From positions 1-51,889 of the forward strand of contig JAHBMJ010000269.1 of NCBI GenBank assembly GCA_018398765.1: a DNA stretch of 51,889 nt, written 5' to 3'. Every line of letters begins with the position of its first letter. Positions within the stretch are counted from its first letter, which is position 1. The notes below the pieces were generated by a model that saw only the letters and a list, made by a program, of their open reading frames with translations, searched no databases and had not been told where the DNA came from. Shown here piece after piece: positions 48,372 through 51,889 of the stretch. Both the position numbers and the translations under genes were made by a program. This DNA is from Chromera velia (lineage: Eukaryota).

Positions 48372-50677
48372 GCCAGTAGCATGATTGCCGCCATTTCTGC
48401 CGAGAGCCGCCCTCACCTCAGCTGCCACCAGCTACTACCTGGACCACACTGAGCCGTCAGTGCACCATCTGCTCGCAGCTGCTTTCCGGACCGCCAAGAA
48501 CTGAGTGTACTGCAGCTTTTCTACTGCGACTTCGTTTGTCTGCTCGCCAAGGATCACAGAGGAAGGCAAGGTTTCGGAAGCGCCTCTTTGGGGGGGGGGA
48601 TTTTTGATAACTTTTTTATCCGTGCTTGGCTGTCTCCGTGTCTTCTGCCAGTCAACATCCATCCGTGTACACACTGGAGTGAGGGGGGATACAAGGACGC
48701 TCCGCTGAGTTGCGAATGCAAGGTTTGCAGTGTTTGTTTTCTCTTGTTAGGCAGTGAGTGCAAACTGTGTATATGATCGAACTTTGATGGAGAAGCATGC
48801 AAGGCGCGATTTGTTCTCTGTCTTTCTGCACAGCCACTGCATCGATTCTTTCTTTCCCTGTTGCTTTTCTAGTGTTGCGAAGCGTATCTTTTCAAAGGCA
48901 TCAGACAGGCAGGATGAAAGAGGCAGACCGGAGATGGGTAAACTTATTAAAGTGGCAGACCGGAGTCAACTAATCTTGTGATGTTTAGCCCTCTACCTTG
49001 TTCTTGTGATGTCTAGCCCTTTGCCTCTCTGCATTCCGTTTGTGCATGCTCTTCGATCAACGATACCGGCAGGCAAGTGAAAGCAAGAAAAGATTTTATT
49101 GGCTCTCAGGCAGTCAGACTAAAAGGCTGTTTCATTCTTTTTGTCTTTATCTTTCCCTGGTGTTTCGCTTCCGTTTCTTTCTTTTTGTATAGAAACGTAA
49201 TCGAGGGGGGGAGTTGAAGTATAGGGTACCACGGTACCAGCCTACCGCGTATCCATGCTTGCTTCCGGACCTACCGAGCCGAGCGTGCAGGCCGTGCCGC
49301 GCGGTGCCGAAGCGCCGTGCTGGCCGGGATGGGATTACCGCACGCGCATTTGATTTTATACGATTTTGTGCCGCACGCATTCAGCACTAGCCAGTTCAGA
49401 TCGATTCACTTCATGCAGCACTAGCTGATCGAACGCCTTTCGGCTGTTCGTTCTACTCTGCCTTGACGGACAGACTATTTCATGAAGTAGTTCCACCATC
49501 ATAGAGATCTAGCTCTGCATTCCGTTTGACCATCATTTGGTCATTCTCTTTTCCATACAGGGCCACACTAGCTAACACTAGCTTAGCAACATATTAAGCA
49601 TTCTAGACATTCCCACACCTACTCCAGTATAGGATTTCTCCTTGCAGGTATCACACCTCGCGGGTAATTTCAGGTCAGGTCAGACGATGTGAGAAGTTGA
49701 GATGCGTTGAGTTGCGTCAAATTCCTTGTAATTCCCTACTTTTGATCATTCTTCCTTGATCTCACTGGCTCCTACCTCTCTTTCAACTCACCAAGAATCA
49801 ATTATCAATTTAGATGATCACGCGTTCATTTGGTGTCTTCTTGTGATTGAACAAGCAAACCAACCAGCAAAGGGCTAAAAGTTTCGCTCTGTCTGTCTCG
49901 CATTGTCTCCTCGAGTGACGGACATTGTACTACAGTAGTAGTAACACTGCTCACATCAATTGGAGTGGGTGATGCAGAGTCCAGGCGCTGCCATGCCCCT
50001 TCTCGATTTCAGGGATGCTTGCCAGCTCCTCGTCTCTCTCGGCGTTCTTTCCTTTTTGCAGCTAAGCACAACAGACGTACATCGATTCATGACAGTGAAC
50101 ACATTAATTCTCTGCAAACTGCTTAATTTTCAGTTTCAGACTGCAGGATTCGTGTACAGATGGAAGAGCACTCATTCTGATGCAAAATCCATATTTTATG
50201 CAGCATTAAGCAAAGATTTCACACGCAGGGGGAGGATCACTGATGCAAAGGAAAACAACTGACTCGATCTGCGCATGCACATCTGGCCGGCCGGTGTTCT
50301 TGTTTTCTTTTGCACATCAGCAGACTCCCTCATGCTTTCATATGTATTCCCACTCACTCTACCACGCATCGACACAAACATACACGAAACACCATGATCT
50401 AAGCACACGTATGTGCATTCATGCGTTCTCACCTCAGAGTTCCCCCCCCACCGATGAATTAAGCCTTCCTCCGTTTCATCCTTCAATTAGTCTTCAGTTG
50501 ATTAATTGTTTTGTGCATGCACAGGCCTCTCTCTCTTTTCCCACTTTCCCTCTGTCTAGCTGCACTGCACCCTTCCTTCATTTCTTTTCTCTGACGGAAC
50601 GAAGGAATCTTTCTTGGGGAATGAAGGGATCGAGGCGCCGCGCCATCAATCGATGGGTCGGTCGATCGTTCAGTCAG

Positions 50678-51577
50678 TCAGTCAAACCAACTGAACCTAC
50701 TAGAGCTCCTCGAGGAAGAACGTCTAGCAGACCACCTGTCTCTGAGTCTTTGGAAAAGACTCTTCTCCTCCTCCACGGGGGGTGGCGCAACGCTCTGACT
50801 GGCCACGAAGTCATTATAAGACCCGAAAGAAGAGGAAGAGGAAGAGGAGGCACCACTGTAAGAATAGTCCGCAGGGTCATACAGAGTACCGGAAGAGGCG
50901 CTGCTGCTGCCGCCGTACTGGGAGGCCTTCAAGTTGTAGTCCCTGATGTTTCCGCCTCTGCCGTCACCCCCAATCCCTGTACCCCCCCCCACTCCCCCCG
51001 CCCCCTCCCCCCCGAAACCATCCCCTCCAATCGGAGTGTAGGGCCCGAATCCCGTCGCACTGCCGCCCTTTCCATCACCGCCTGCATGCGTGCAGAAACG
51101 ACGATCAAAACGAATGAATTGAATTCAATTGAGTGTGGGAGAGAGAGCCCCATTGTGGCCAGACGTTAAAAGAGCACATGCCAGAACCCACCCATCACAT
51201 CACATCACATCACATCCAGCCATGCAGAGAGAGGGCCGCCGAGAAAGACCACGACAGCTTGAGAGACAGAAAAACAAAGGGACGCACAAATCAACAAAAA
51301 GACAGACTGACTGGTCGAAAAACAGGAGGAAAGGGGGGAGAAAGAAGACAAAATGGAAGGAAGACAAAGAACAGACAGGAAAGAGAACACAATAGGAAGC
51401 AAGGAAGGAGGCACAATGAAGGCACAGGGAAGTTATCCAGCCAATTAAATTGACGCACGCACTCACCCTCTCCGAGGCCCGCATCCACTCCACCATACCC
51501 CCCCCCTCCCGCCCCGACCCCCCCCTCTGGAGTCATCTCACCCCAGCCAATCGCACTACCACCCCTGCCGTCACCTC
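50678..51577 (-). CDS. Last two exons of a glycine-rich repeat protein (gene continues beyond the right edge)
   Basis: Exons 51577-51467 and 51081-50678 have compatible phase-1 GT-AG junctions, recurring GGDG(R/K)GG motifs, a Ser/Tyr-rich tail and a TGA stop at 50678-50680. Confidence 0.65.
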
Positions 51578-51889
51578 CTGCAGCGCGTCCAAATGCATCA
51601 GAAGAGAATCAATGACGAATTTATTGGATGCACAGGGGAAAGGGAAAGGCAAGAGAGAACAGAAAAGAAACAATTCGCACAAAACAAGGGCGGAAGGAGG
51701 GAAAAGGCGGAGAGAGTGCATGGAAGAACGGAAAGAAGAGAACAGAAAAGAAAAGAAACAACCGCAGAGCTGTCCTCCCCGTCATTCCATGCGGCCACTC
51801 ACAAGCAGAACCGACCCACTGAGAGGCACAGAAGAGAGAGAACAAAGAAGAAAGAAAGATGGCGCGAGAGGCTCAACACAACATCTACA

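Larger units (their letters stand above)
41422..49556 (+). mobile_element. Older non-autonomous LTR element (TRIM/LARD-like) hosting the gypsy insertion
   Basis: Direct repeats 41422-41762 and 49212-49552 differ at about 21 of 341 positions. A polypurine tract GAGGGGGGG sits immediately before the right copy. The ~1.2 kb internal remainder has no intact ORF. Confidence 0.75.

Noticed and set aside
49560..50600. Missing 5' exons of the cysteine-repeat gene beyond the LTR nest
   Set aside because: I found no GACC-type repeat or signal-peptide exon on the minus strand by eye.
50243..51169. 308-aa plus-strand ORF
   Set aside because: No motifs, and it overlaps the better-supported minus-strand terminal exon.

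Overview
This is eukaryotic genomic DNA with many introns and microsatellites. Spliceosomal introns and frequent TGCATG(CA) motifs suggest an alveolate of the chromerid/apicomplexan type (inference only). Host genes: (1) an intronless CDKN3-like dual-specificity phosphatase, head-to-head with (2) a 16-exon SMU1 spliceosomal WD40 gene; (3) an intronless 1633-aa RING/U-box - vWA - ankyrin - ADP-ribosyltransferase-like protein, head-to-head with (4) a 3-exon protein with two Tudor-like repeats; (5) a multi-exon 'GACC' cysteine-repeat gene with two frameshifts; (6) the 3' end of a glycine-rich gene. Transposons: a decayed Ty1/copia element running off the left edge, a zinc-finger/chromodomain relic, a decayed CRE-like non-LTR element joined to a Helitron-like fragment, and a complete chromodomain-bearing Ty3/gypsy element (319-bp LTRs, GCCAG target-site duplication) nested inside an older non-autonomous LTR element. 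The most interesting signals are the RING-vWA-ANK-ART fusion, a strong CpG/CpA C-to-T mutation bias in the transposons, and two duplicated 'poison' splice acceptors inside the SMU1 splicing-factor gene. All alignments and counts were done by eye.
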